A stretch of DNA of 64,000 nt, taken from Vicugna vicugna (Eukaryota). Within the stretch, counting starts at the first letter, position 1. Every line of letters starts with the position of its first letter. The position numbers and the translations under genes were made by a program. Of the stretch, positions 1 through 11,420 are shown in pieces. The stretch covers positions 3,486,081-3,550,080 of the forward strand of contig MU058718.1 in the NCBI GenBank assembly GCA_013265495.1. The letters are read 5' to 3'. The notes beneath the pieces were generated by a model that saw nothing but the letters and a program-made list of their open reading frames with translations, did no database searches and was not told the origin of the DNA.

Positions 1-2309
1 AGGACCAACCTCTATGGTTGGTGTATATGATGGTGTTGGAAAGTGTTGAGTGAAGTCGTTCTATTTGCACGAGCTGGTACCACCATGGGAAACCTGCTCT
101 GTCATCACATGCATCGGCATAGCACGCACCAGTGCCGGCTGAGTGGAGGCTGTGGCCTTAGTTTGGAGATTTGCAACCCTGCTGTATCCAGGAAACCAGC
201 TGTGTCTGGGAGACTGGATCAGTGCATCCAGCCTGGAGTGGTCTGATTAAACATAGACTCAAGAGATCTTTATTGAAAAAATAAAAGTGTAAAACTTGCC
301 AACAGCAGAATGCATCATGCGTAGCAGGCAAACCGGAGAGTAGAAAGTGAAAGTATTTTCTGCAAAAGCCTCTGCTCCCTGGTCCAACAGTCGGTCTCAC
401 GGCTGATTTTTTTCTAAGCAAAGAGGGGACCCACCACAGCTGAATCAGAAACCCTCAACTAGCTTAAGGCCCAAAGATGGGAGTCCCTGAAAAGTCTGGC
501 CTCCTCAAAGTTACCCACAGCCAAGAGAGCCGTGGCAGGGCTTCAGGCTCATACCAGGGAAGCTAGACTAGTGTTTCCATGCGGTGAACTCGGTCTAGCC
601 AATAGAATCTTAAAACATCTAACACGCAGACCTTTGTGATCTCTTCAGGACTATATTGTAATCAGGGATACACACGATGCACATTTCACATTTCCAAAGG
701 TTTATTTTCTTTTTTATTTTATTCTTTTTGCTCATCCCACATCCTGGAATGAAGAAGGCCACAGCATGACAGTGCAAAAAGGATGCAGGGACTTCAAGCT
801 CTCTTGAAAATGACATTTTTCTTTGTGCTTTTATGTTTCTTATTGTTTTTCTGTGCACTACTGGCTTTTAAACATGCTTTGTTATGGAATTCTTTGCACT
901 TGTGTCTAATGTACTGAAATATTGTTATAGTCTTTGTAACGTATATTGTCTCAAGAATTAAATGAAATGTGGGTTTGGGGATATTTGATGGCTGTACTTG
1001 ACGCCATTGTTCTAGCTGTCTTGTTGAATCTTAAATGTACGATGGTGTGTTTAAAGTAGCGTAAAAAGATTTCAAAAACTTGTTTTGAAAAAGACTTGCA
1101 CAAGGCATGATTCATTTAAAAATTTTTAAAGCCCTATTCAAATTCTACAAATTGATTTCCAAAGCTAGCTATGAGATTCGGTTTTGAAACTCAATGTGTT
1201 CCGTACTCACTAAGCTCCAAGCTGTGAGTAGGAATTGAAGTGATGGTTGATAGAAACTAAATATCGGCCATGAGTTGGAGAAAATTATTCTTTTGAATAT
1301 GAAGTCATCCCAGAGAAATATAATGTAACCAAAAGTGAGGTCATAATCTTTACATTTTGTTTTTAATTCAATCAGTAGTCCTTTCTAAGTTGCTTTCTTA
1401 ATTCTTCTGAAATTCTTTTAATTCAGTGTAATATCCTTCATTTAGCACATAAGGGCTTTAGAGTGTTGAAAAAAATTAAATGATTCTTTCTAGAGGATAC
1501 CCTAGTGCTCATCAAAAATGTTTCCTAGATCAGTCACTGATACCACTTGAAATTGTAGTTCACACACCTTTGAACATCTTAAGACTAGACTGTTTCATCC
1601 ATCTGATGAAACTTCTCACGGGTTAGGTAGAGCATTCCCAAATGTTAAGGAAGGGGGAAGATGGTTGTGAGAGTTCCACAGGTGATTCCAACATATCCCT
1701 GAGGCCACTCCTCACCCACTGCCCCCACCTTCTTTGGTGAAAAGGACTGATGTAGTAAAGCACTCTAAGACGGAGACTAGGTCATTTTTGTTTTTACTAC
1801 GTTTAATTCATGTCATTATTAATAATTATCAGATGTATGTATTAACATACGGATTACATTACACATTTAGTTACATAATTATCATTTGACTTGGGCCCAA
1901 GTCACAACAAATGCCTTTTGGCATAATTAGAGTTAGAAGTACACAGCATAGTGATGCAGAATGGAGTGTTACCAAGATCCAGTGATTTCTCCATTTCAGT
2001 TGGAAGCCTTCTTAATATGGAAACTTTAGTGGAAAAGATTGAACTTGGAAGATGATAAAAATTTAAGCTGTACAGTTTAGAAACAATTGGAGAAGAATTT
2101 ATTAAGTGGGGGGAAAAGATGTACCATTCATTTTGAAAGAGCGGAGAAGCAATTTTTACCCAACCAAGTAAACTAACATAAAAAGGGCTTTGGTTTTTCA
2201 TGAATCAGGCCTCTGGTGACTCTGTTCAGCTGGTGCTTTTTACATGTATACAAATTATTTTTATCAACCTGGTTGTTTCATAGCTTTGATGTGTAGTATC
2301 TCTTTATAG

Positions 2310-2351
2310 GATGCAATTTTGAGACACACTCTGCACCTTCCTCTCAATTAG
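2310..2351 (+). CDS. TRIM9: TRIM9 42-nt cassette exon, (G)CNFETHSAPSSQL; GC donor
   Basis: Acceptor tctttatag|GA; donor TTAG|gcaagt. Phase 1-1, in frame with the next two exons. Peptide resembles the remembered TRIM9 linker insert (GCNFETQSAPYSQL). Confidence 0.75.
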   Translation, partial: DAILRHTLHLPLN

Positions 2352-2767
2352 GCAAGTATACCTATTGTAATTGTTCTCTTTTACTGATGTGACCGATATG
2401 CTCCATTCCCTTCACAAAATAAACGGCAGCAGCTTATTCTATGTCAATAAAATTGTCTAATTGTCATTCAAATCCCATTATAGCCATTTCTCACGTACTT
2501 ACAAAGGTGGAAAAGATACGCGGATTTTGAAATTTTATGCCTCAAAGATTACCTTTCCCCTCAGTTTTCTTGTACATCAATGCAAAGCACTCTTTATAAG
2601 CAGAGCACTTGTGGGCAAAGGCATTAGTCAGACCAAAGGTTGTAGTGTTTGCAGGTTTAAACTGAACTCTTTTTTGATATTGTTTTATCAAAAGAGACAT
2701 GTTTTCTTATCAATGTCAATTTTGCTTCCTATTTCTCTCTCCCATGCCTCACTTGGAATGACAACAG

Positions 2768-2791
2768 TTGACATTAAAAAGCTGTTGGCAG
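2768..2791 (+). CDS. TRIM9: TRIM9 24-nt microexon, (V)DIKKLLA
   Basis: acaacag|TTGACATTAAAAAGCTGTTGGCAG|gtatgg. Phase 1-1; joins in frame to VAWFAFDPG. Confidence 0.8.
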
Positions 2792-3085
2792 GTATGGAAT
2801 AACCTTATTCTGTTACAAATAGCAAAGACACAGTGCATGTGAGGTGGTTCACAGGTTTGAGAAATCAGCAGTTTCGTCTCTCTGAGCGCTTTCTTGGCAG
2901 GCGGCTTTCAGAACTCGGGCATAGCTCTGTGTACCAAGACATCACTCTCTCTGCACCTGATGTCCAACATGTTTCACGTGTTTGTTTTAGGAGTAACACG
3001 CAAACTGCATTCTTAAGTGTGAAGGAAGCAACCTGTCTCACATCCAAGTCACAATCACTCAAGAAAAGTAGTTTCTGTTGCTGAT

Positions 3086-3117
3086 AGCTTTCAAGCTTTC
3101 AAGCTTTCAAGCTTTCA
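3086..3117. repeat. (AGCTTTCA)4 perfect tandem repeat
   Basis: Four exact 8-mers read directly from the sequence. Confidence 0.95.
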
Positions 3118-3601
3118 CTAACACTGAGGCCATTTTCAAAACGACTAGATCTGAGCACTTCTGCCGAAGGACGATTTCCTTGTTTCACTCAGTGTGTTTT
3201 ATCCCTCCTCCATCTAGGACTCTAGATCCTAGCCTCCCCGTCTCAGGGTTACACAGGCATCTTAGCGTATCCCTCCCCCTTATGTCTCTGGTGTACTGTT
3301 CTGCCAGTCACTGGGTGAAGGGACTTGCACCTTCCAAACCGATGCCACTTCACTCCCGGATCACCTGGTTGGGAGTGCAGTCTGAGCCAGGTAACCCCTC
3401 CTGAATCGGTTGTGTGTCCTCCGTCTGCTTCTGGGCTCAGAGAGCACCAGCTCCCAGGACGAGCGCCCTGTCTGCTCACTCACGGCCCTTTCTGGCCCCG
3501 GACGCCTCCTTCCTGCATGGCAGCATGCAAACGGGACAAGATGCTCCTCACCTGCCCAGGAGTGAGTGATGGGGTTGAGCCCATCGGGTCCCTCTTAGTA
3601 A

Positions 3602-4012
<411 letters not shown>

Positions 4013-4219
4013 TAGACAACATTGAGGAAGTAAGGCAGGCGATCTTTATTAAGTAGAAGTTCTTCTGATCTGAGCCGAGTCCACCCTGGTGTTTTATTTT
4101 TTTACATAATGAGAGAGACATGAGTACTTTCCTAGGCCCCCTTCTTGCTGTATTCCATCCAGGGCTGGAAAATAAGAATCCCTGTGCATATGTACCATAG
4201 AAACATTCCAGGATTCTAA

Positions 4220-4370
4220 AACCCAGACTTACAACTTACCAGAAAAGCACTTTTGGACAAGGTACTTCGTTTTTCTGAACCTCGGTTTCCAAATCCACCA
4301 AATTAGAAAAGTCATATTTTGCCATGCAGAAATGTTCCCATGATCAAATGAAACATGCAAAAATGCCTCC
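4220..4370 (+). mobile_element. MIR SINE remnant
   Basis: Core-like ttggacaaggtactt...ctgaacctcggtttcc; boundaries approximate. Confidence 0.55.
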
Positions 4371-5149
4371 CATCAGAGTCACCTGAAAATAGAAGCCATT
4401 GTTCTTATGATGATGATTATCAATGCCACTGCTCAGAATAGTAGCCATTCATTAAACTAAATTTTGTGAATGCCAATTGGGAGAGTTTTATGCTTGAAGA
4501 ACTCTCTTATTATAGTGTGGTTTCAGAGCACCCAGTTTTCTGGGAAAAGAACACAGTAATCACCTTAGGTTTGCCTTTACCACCAAAATATAGGCAGTTA
4601 TAATTTAACCCATACTATGTTTTCTCTAGATTTCTGTTTTCATTTGGTTTGTGTTTTCTTCCTCATCCGTATTTTTCACAAATTTCCTAGGTAGAGAAGT
4701 ATCTTTTATGGGCCTTGGTCTACCTTACTGTCAAAGATTTCCCCAGGACACATTTTCATTGGTATCTCTTGGGGTCGGGGGTCAGAAATACAATTGTATT
4801 CAGTCTGATCACAAGGAAAGTGAGTCGGGCAGTGGTGGGCAGTGGACATTTTCTGTGTCCTCATCATTGCTCCTTTTCGAGCCAGCAGGACTCCCAGGGC
4901 CTCCCCTTCCTTTTCCCTCGAACAGTTTCTTTACGCCTGCATTCAGGTGTATGTTATTAACCATCACTTGAAGTGCACACACATGCCATTTCAGCCTGAT
5001 AGCAAATGCGACTAGATGTAGATAAACCATCATCTTCAGTGATTCACATTTGGGGGACGCCTCTGTGACTACATTCCCGATTCCATCACCCATGTACCAT
5101 ACATTTCCTTTTCAGCTTCTCTATTTTGGCGTAAAGGAATGAATAAGCT

Positions 5150-5300
5150 GGGCGGGTATAGCTCAAGTTGTAGAGCACATGCTTAGCATGCACAAGGTCC
5201 TGGGTTCAATCCCCAGTACTCCCTCTAAAAACAAATAAATAAACCTAATAACCTCCCCCCCCGGCCAAAAAAAAAAACCCTAGAAAAAAAAGAAAAAGAA
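5150..5300 (+). mobile_element. tRNA-derived SINE, Vic-1-like (camelid)
   Basis: A box TAGCTCAAGTTG and B box GGTTCAATCCC; AAAT/C-run/A tail; TSD aaaggaatgaataagct (5133-5149) vs aaaggaatgaacaatct (5301-5317). Confidence 0.88.
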
Positions 5301-6343
5301 AAAGGAATGAACAATCTAATAGCACAGCTGCCACACTATGCAGAGAAACACCTTCTTAAGTCAGAACACGTCTGCTTGCGTATAAGCCGCATGTCCCCAG
5401 TGCCGTGGTCGTTGAAGCTGGGAGTCCCCAAGATGCAGTTAATACCCCTGTGCTTTAAGGCCCGTGTGCACTCTGTATTCTACACGCTGGGCTTGCGGGC
5501 GAGTGGCGAAGACAACACTACCATTTCTGCGCTCTGCTGAGATGAGGATGAAGTTCAGTATTGCTAGATCTCAAAGAGGAGGAAAAAGACAAATCTGATC
5601 ATCCAGGCTTAATGGCTTTTGTGAAACTATCAGTTGAAGAATAAGACACAATTTATAGTCAAATGACAATCACTCCAACTGGTACAGTGTAATTAATTAT
5701 TTCACCTTACAGAGAGGAGACCCCTCTCCTTCAGTGTTGCCATTTTACAGAGCGCCTCCAACTTCTCAACATGCCCAGAATTACCATCTTTCTGAAATGA
5801 GTTTTTCTATTTAATGGATAACATCAGGCCCCAAGTCCAGTTTTTCACATCCGTGTTTTAGGTTCAGATTCAATTCTTCTTTGCTTTGACTTTCCAATTA
5901 AATCACATTGGATTTAGTGATGTTTCATGCACACTGTCTGTGCCAAGTGTGCAAGCCAGCTCTGGGCAGAGCTTCGATAGCCCAAAGGCTGCTGGCTGCT
6001 CTCAGGCTTCGGCGTTTTGCCTGCCTAGTACTGTGGCTGAGCAGCAGAGCCCCTGTGTGGAGGCACTCACCCTCGGCGGCAGCAGAGCAGCACAGCTGAA
6101 CCTCACAGGGGAGCAAAAATTCTTAACTGCTTTTACATACAAAGCCCAGATACATACATAGCACATAAACAGATACACAGTGTATCTGTGTTATTAAAAT
6201 GTATGTGAGGAGGGGGGGATGGGGGGGAAACATTTTAAAAGGCTCCTGGGGTGGGGGTGGGGAACAGTACCTTTAAACAGGTTGAGAAATACAGGTTTAA
6301 CCATACGAAACGGGAAGCTGCTAGAATGACCACAGGCAAGTGA

Positions 6344-6583
<240 letters not shown>

Positions 6584-7009
6584 TGACCCGGAAGGCCCAG
6601 ATCAAGGGAGGTGGGGGGTGGGGGGATGGACAGAGACAAGTGAGAGGACTCGAAACCAGCATAAGCACTCCGTTACACTTGGACACAGTCTAGTGAACAG
6701 CACGTGGGAAACTCCTAGTTCTTTGCCTGGCTTGCCGATGATCGTCCCTCTGAGCCCTAGATTCACCTCCGGTAGGAATGAAACTCTTGAACCAGCTGGC
6801 ATGACAACAAATGGACAGACTGACGCAAAGCCCGTGAGCACCTGAGCAGTTCAGGTGTGAGGCTGCAGCGTGAGCTCCATGCTCAGAAATGTGGGGCATC
6901 TTCTCTGCACTCTTGTTGGCTGTTAGGTGCTCCTGGGACAGAAAACATTATCGCTGCCTGAGAGTTAGTTACTTATGATTTACTGCAAATAAAAACAACA
7001 GGTCCTCCT

Positions 7010-7400
7010 CATTCGTTCATTCAACAAATATCTCTGGAGTGCCTTTAACACATCAGGCACTATTGTAAGTATTTGAAGTATTGTTGTTTCTCAGTGAAAA
7101 TGAAAAAAATCTTGCCCTCTTAGAGCTCTCTTTCTAGTTACAGGAGGCAGGCAGTAAATAATATGCACAGTTGCTACATTGGTTATATGGTACGTTTGAA
7201 GGTGATACGCAGTGGAAAGAAGACCGAGAGGAGGGGAAGGGACGAGAGCGCCGGGCTCGGGAGGGCAGCACAGCCTGAGCAGGGTGCTCTGGGTGCTCAG
7301 TGTAGGTGGGCCTTCCTGCAGTCACAGGTGAGCTGAGCCTTCAAGGGGGTGAGGGAGTGAGCTGTGTGGGGCTTTCCGGGCAGAGGGAGCAGCCAGGGCG
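7010..7400 (-). mobile_element. L2 LINE 3' remnant
   Basis: ttcattcaacaaatat...caggcactatt...cttgccctcttagagct is the typical reverse L2 3' end; boundaries approximate. Confidence 0.65.
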
Positions 7401-8533
7401 GTTTCTAAGGCATGAGGCAAGGAAGGGCCAGGAAGCTGTGGCTGGGGGAGACAGGGGAGCGGTGGGAGAGAAGAGCAGGGAGCGCCCCGCCAGCCACTGC
7501 TAGGATCGGAGCTTTCACTCCCGTCTTGAGCTGGAACGCTCGTTATCAGCTGTGCACCTCATTCAGCAGATGGCTGTCTGATGATAGAGAGGGCTTGAGG
7601 ATCAAAACACTGCTGGTGATCTGTGCCCTATTCAGAACCACCATCTTGAGAGCTATTAAAAAAAAAATCCATTGTTGCTTATCCGTATGTGCAGTAAAAG
7701 TGATTGCAACCCAGTGACCTCTGCCCTTCTCTCTTCCTGCAACTAGATGGGTTTTTATGGGAGGCTGAAATCTAATCTGTCAGAGTTCAGCCTCTACACT
7801 GGAAAAAAGAAAACCATCCATTTCCCTAGCAGTGTGTCTCAGAAAACCCTCATGCAGAATCTTCCACATTTTCAGCTATTTCCCTTCCCGAGAATATTGT
7901 ACTTGATGCTCTTCAGGGGTTTCCAGGATGTTCTGAGTATCTTTAGGTCTTGGGCTGCGGAAGACAGGGACAAGATGGAGAGAGATGACAGCACTGCAGG
8001 AAATGCTTCTAGCCTGGCCCAGGCAGCTACCCACTGGGGCATGAGGTTAGACAGAAATCAGTGAAGTAGCATCAGGGCCCATGTTTCCTCGTACCTGACA
8101 ATCACCTGTGCCATCCCAAACTGAAAGGTTTATCCTAACTGGAATGACCAGTGGATAAATAACAGGGGAAGGGTTCTCCACTCATCTGTTCTCCATCCAT
8201 GGATCTGGCAGTGATCACTGTGATGTGGCCAACAGGCTTTGCTCCCTGCAAATCAGTACCCATGTCTTCAGTCATAAGGAACACAATCTCCCAAGAATCC
8301 TTAGAAGAGGCAGGTGGATGAGAACCATATTATTTGGGATGTGGGAGCCCAGCATGGTGGCCAGGTTCTTAGCACAGGCTGAATTCTCTTTAGCGTCTAC
8401 TAGAAGAGATGTTACAGAAAACTCAGTAGGATCCCCTTTTAAGTTGGGGACATACCCACTGTGTCTGGGGAGGGGGCGTGGGGGGCATGGGGGCTCCTGC
8501 AGTGCCTGCAGGACTCACAGTCTCTTCCCCCAG

Positions 8534-8596
8534 GTCACGCTTCACACCGGGCTCCCAGTCCCAGACTTCTACTCCAGCAGAGCATCGATAGCCTAA
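8534..8596 (+). CDS. TRIM9: TRIM9 last coding exon (VTLHTGLPVPDFYSSRASIA*)
   Basis: ttcccccag|GTC acceptor; TAA stop at 8594-8596; recognisable TRIM9 C-terminus. Confidence 0.96.
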   Translation, partial: VTLHTGLPVPDFYSSRASIA

Positions 8597-9294
8597 GGAT
8601 GGGCTGTGGAGGCGCCAGCTGTCTGTTCTGACCTCCACCTGGGAGCGACGGCAAGGCATTCAGCCAGAGCCAGAGCAGGAGAGGGAGGAGGAGGAGGAGA
8701 GAAACGCTGGTCCTCGCTGCCCACAGCCCCCTGTCCCTCCGGCCTCTCCACAGCTGTGCCGCCTGCTTTCTCTTCCATGTTCAGTAATTCTAACCAACAA
8801 TGGACCTAGACAGCCCACCACGTCACTTCGTTTCCACGCCCAGAGTTTGCTTTTATTTACATTAATTTTTTATGTAGGTGAGTTCCATTTCGTTTCTTTT
8901 CTGATCATGTCACTGGTGACTACTGAGCTGGCACTGCCGAGAGGAAATTCTCCTGATAACTTTTTTCCTGAACTTTCTGTCAGAGAGGTAGGTGGTAGGG
9001 AAGAATGAACTGGATTTGGAGCCGGCAGTCTAGAATGTCCTTGAATGTTCTTGCCCCATGACCTCTCCTGCAGTGTTAGCTCTGCGTAGCTAATCTTTGG
9101 GAGGTGGGTAGAGGGAATGCAGCACTGAAAAGTTTTACTCTCTGTTGAAGCACAAAAATCTCAGCTACACAAAGGCTCACAGTGGGGTAGGATCATAAGA
9201 CAGCCAGGTCCTTAGGACAGGCCAGAAACCCCAGTCACTGAATGAAACTGGGACATCTCCAAACATAGGCAGGCCAGGGGACTTCATGATTTGG

Positions 9295-9470
9295 TTCATT
9301 TATTTAATCCAAGTTTTTAGTTGAGAACCTTTTATGGACCAGGCACTGTTTTGACACCGGAGACACAGTGACGAATACATAGGTGTGGCCTCTGCCCTCC
9401 TGGAGCTTATACGGTCCTAGGAGAACAAACCAAAAATAAAATAATTACAAGTTCCACGTACTAGAAAGGA
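9295..9470 (-). mobile_element. L2 remnant inside the TRIM9 3' UTR
   Basis: ttcatttattt...ccaggcactgtt...ctctgccctcctggagctta. Confidence 0.6.
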
Positions 9471-10545
9471 AATAAACAAGGGCCAACGAGGCTCATTGGC
9501 AAGATCTTTCAGATCCCCTAGAATGAGGCTAAGACTCCATACATTCTGGCTGTAGCACCAGAAACATACCAACTCAATGCCTTTTCAGCCGTGCTATTTT
9601 AATTGTGGTACCTCCTGCCATTCATCACAGAGCCTTTCTTTGGTAGAAATGATGTCAGCATTCTTGTTTGTTAATGCTGCAATGGTACTAAGCCTTAAAA
9701 AATGAATGTGAAAAAAAAAATAGTGACCAGACGGAGGAGGACCCATTCTCTGTCCTGGGGGATCTTAAGTTGCAGTGCACAGCATTCACATTCTCAGGAT
9801 TAACACACTTGTCTCCATGTAGACTCACTATCTGTGCCTGTCACAAATGAAAAGTCCATCCACTCTGCTGCCATTCACAGACTGACTTTCTGGAACAGTT
9901 CAAATAATGTTTAGAAGGAAATGAAACTGTAGGTCATCGCTATGACTGATAGCAGAAGAATCAGCTTATTCCATGTAGAGGTAGACTTGTATAAGCTGCC
10001 CTTCAGAGCCTTTAGTTTGACACAAGTTTTAGAAAATGTAGGACCTGGAAAGAGGTTCTGATTAGTTGTCTAAATATTTGCCAGAGAGCCAAGAAATTCA
10101 CCAGGAAAAAAACAAGTATAACAAGGGAAGAGGTAGGATGGGGTGGGAAAGCTAACCATTTAAAGTGTTGGCAGAAGTGATCTATGTAAATAGCTCATCA
10201 TTTACTTTTGAGCTTACTTGATTTAGATAATCTCTATGAGCCGTGGTGTTTTGCTAGTTCAGTGTTCCTAATTTATTGAATGGGTGCTATCCTGTTTGTG
10301 TCCACCTTGATCTTTCTTGGCTACAGAAACACTCTGTTGCAGGCCAACACTCATTTGATATTTGATTTACTCTCCAGTGAGACTCAATCGCTGGGCCGCT
10401 GTAGACCCATAGTTACTCTTGTTCTTTATTAAATTCATCCTGCTAATTAGATTTCTAGTGATCGGTAACACGTAGTTTACACAGAACTGCAATTATAGAT
10501 GCATACAGCTACTGTGCTAGAAAACATGGATATTCCTGGTGTGCC

Positions 10546-10551
10546 AATAAA
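10546..10551 (+). terminator. TRIM9: Candidate TRIM9 polyadenylation signal
   Basis: AATAAA with downstream TTGTGTAGTCTG and TTTGTTTTTGT elements. Confidence 0.6.
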
Positions 10552-11204
10552 TGACTTTTATGAGAGAGCATCCCATGTCTCTTTAGAATTGTGTAGTCTG
10601 GGCCTATTTGGGGTGACAATTTGTTTTTGTCAGAGCAATATTTCTTCAGCAAAGTGTCATTGGACACCCCCCCCCAAGAGCTCAGGAAAGCACCTGCACT
10701 TCACCCCATCTCCTCCAGAGCCTGGCACTGCTTCCTGGTGGTACTCACATCCTGGGTCTTAACTTAGTGTGAAATGTCAGTAGTTAGATGCTGTTGGGGA
10801 TCTGCCTCCAAATACTGGGTACTTAATTTAAGAAACCTGCTCCTAAAAAAGCCACAAGCTTGTACCTCAAGAGAGTGTCACTAACTTTTTCTAACCTGGT
10901 TCCTTCATCGCTTCTTGGAGTGGCTAAGCATACGATTGTTTTTAAATAATTACAACGTCACTGATCGCCCTTACATTATTATTAGCCTTTTAAAATGAGC
11001 CACTTTTGTTTTTTATTGAAAGGAAAACACCACCTAAAAGCATATTGAAACCATGAGTTAAATCCATTTCCCAGGCCATCATTCATCAAGGTCGTTTTAA
11101 GACTTGCTTGTCCTCCAAGAAGCACGTTGCCTAAACTGTAAGATGTTGGTGGGAGTCATTGTCCAGGAACTTGGAATCAGCTGTGTCTGGTTCCAGCTGA
11201 GCTG

Positions 11205-11420
11205 ATTAAGACGAGATTGGCGCCCCCCCCCACCTTTCAATTGCGCATGCGCGAGTGTCCGCCCCGGGGACCTTTGGGAGGTGCGGAGCCTGTCATGGGT
11301 TACACCTGCGCAGACTGCCGATTACCAGCACCTTCTTTCAGTCATCTTTCCCCCGTCCCCCGCGCCCTCCACGCTTCAGACTGCCCTGCCCGTAAATACC
11401 CCAGCCTTGGGTAGGGATGG
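11205..11420. promoter_or_regulatory. Small CpG-rich promoter-like module (CCAAT, NRF1, GC box)
   Basis: ATTGG 11216-11220; palindrome GCGCATGCGC 11243-11252; CCGCCC 11259-11264; local CpG enrichment. Confidence 0.55.

Larger units (their letters stand above)
8597..10575 (+). other. TRIM9: Probable TRIM9 3' UTR
   Basis: Runs from the stop codon to the AATAAA at 10546-10551, which is followed by T/GT-rich sequence. The end point is inferred. Confidence 0.6.

Noticed and set aside
5150..5225. tRNA-like sequences (also near 55660-55731 and 61550-61630)
   Set aside because: These are SINE heads with tails and TSDs, not functional tRNA genes.
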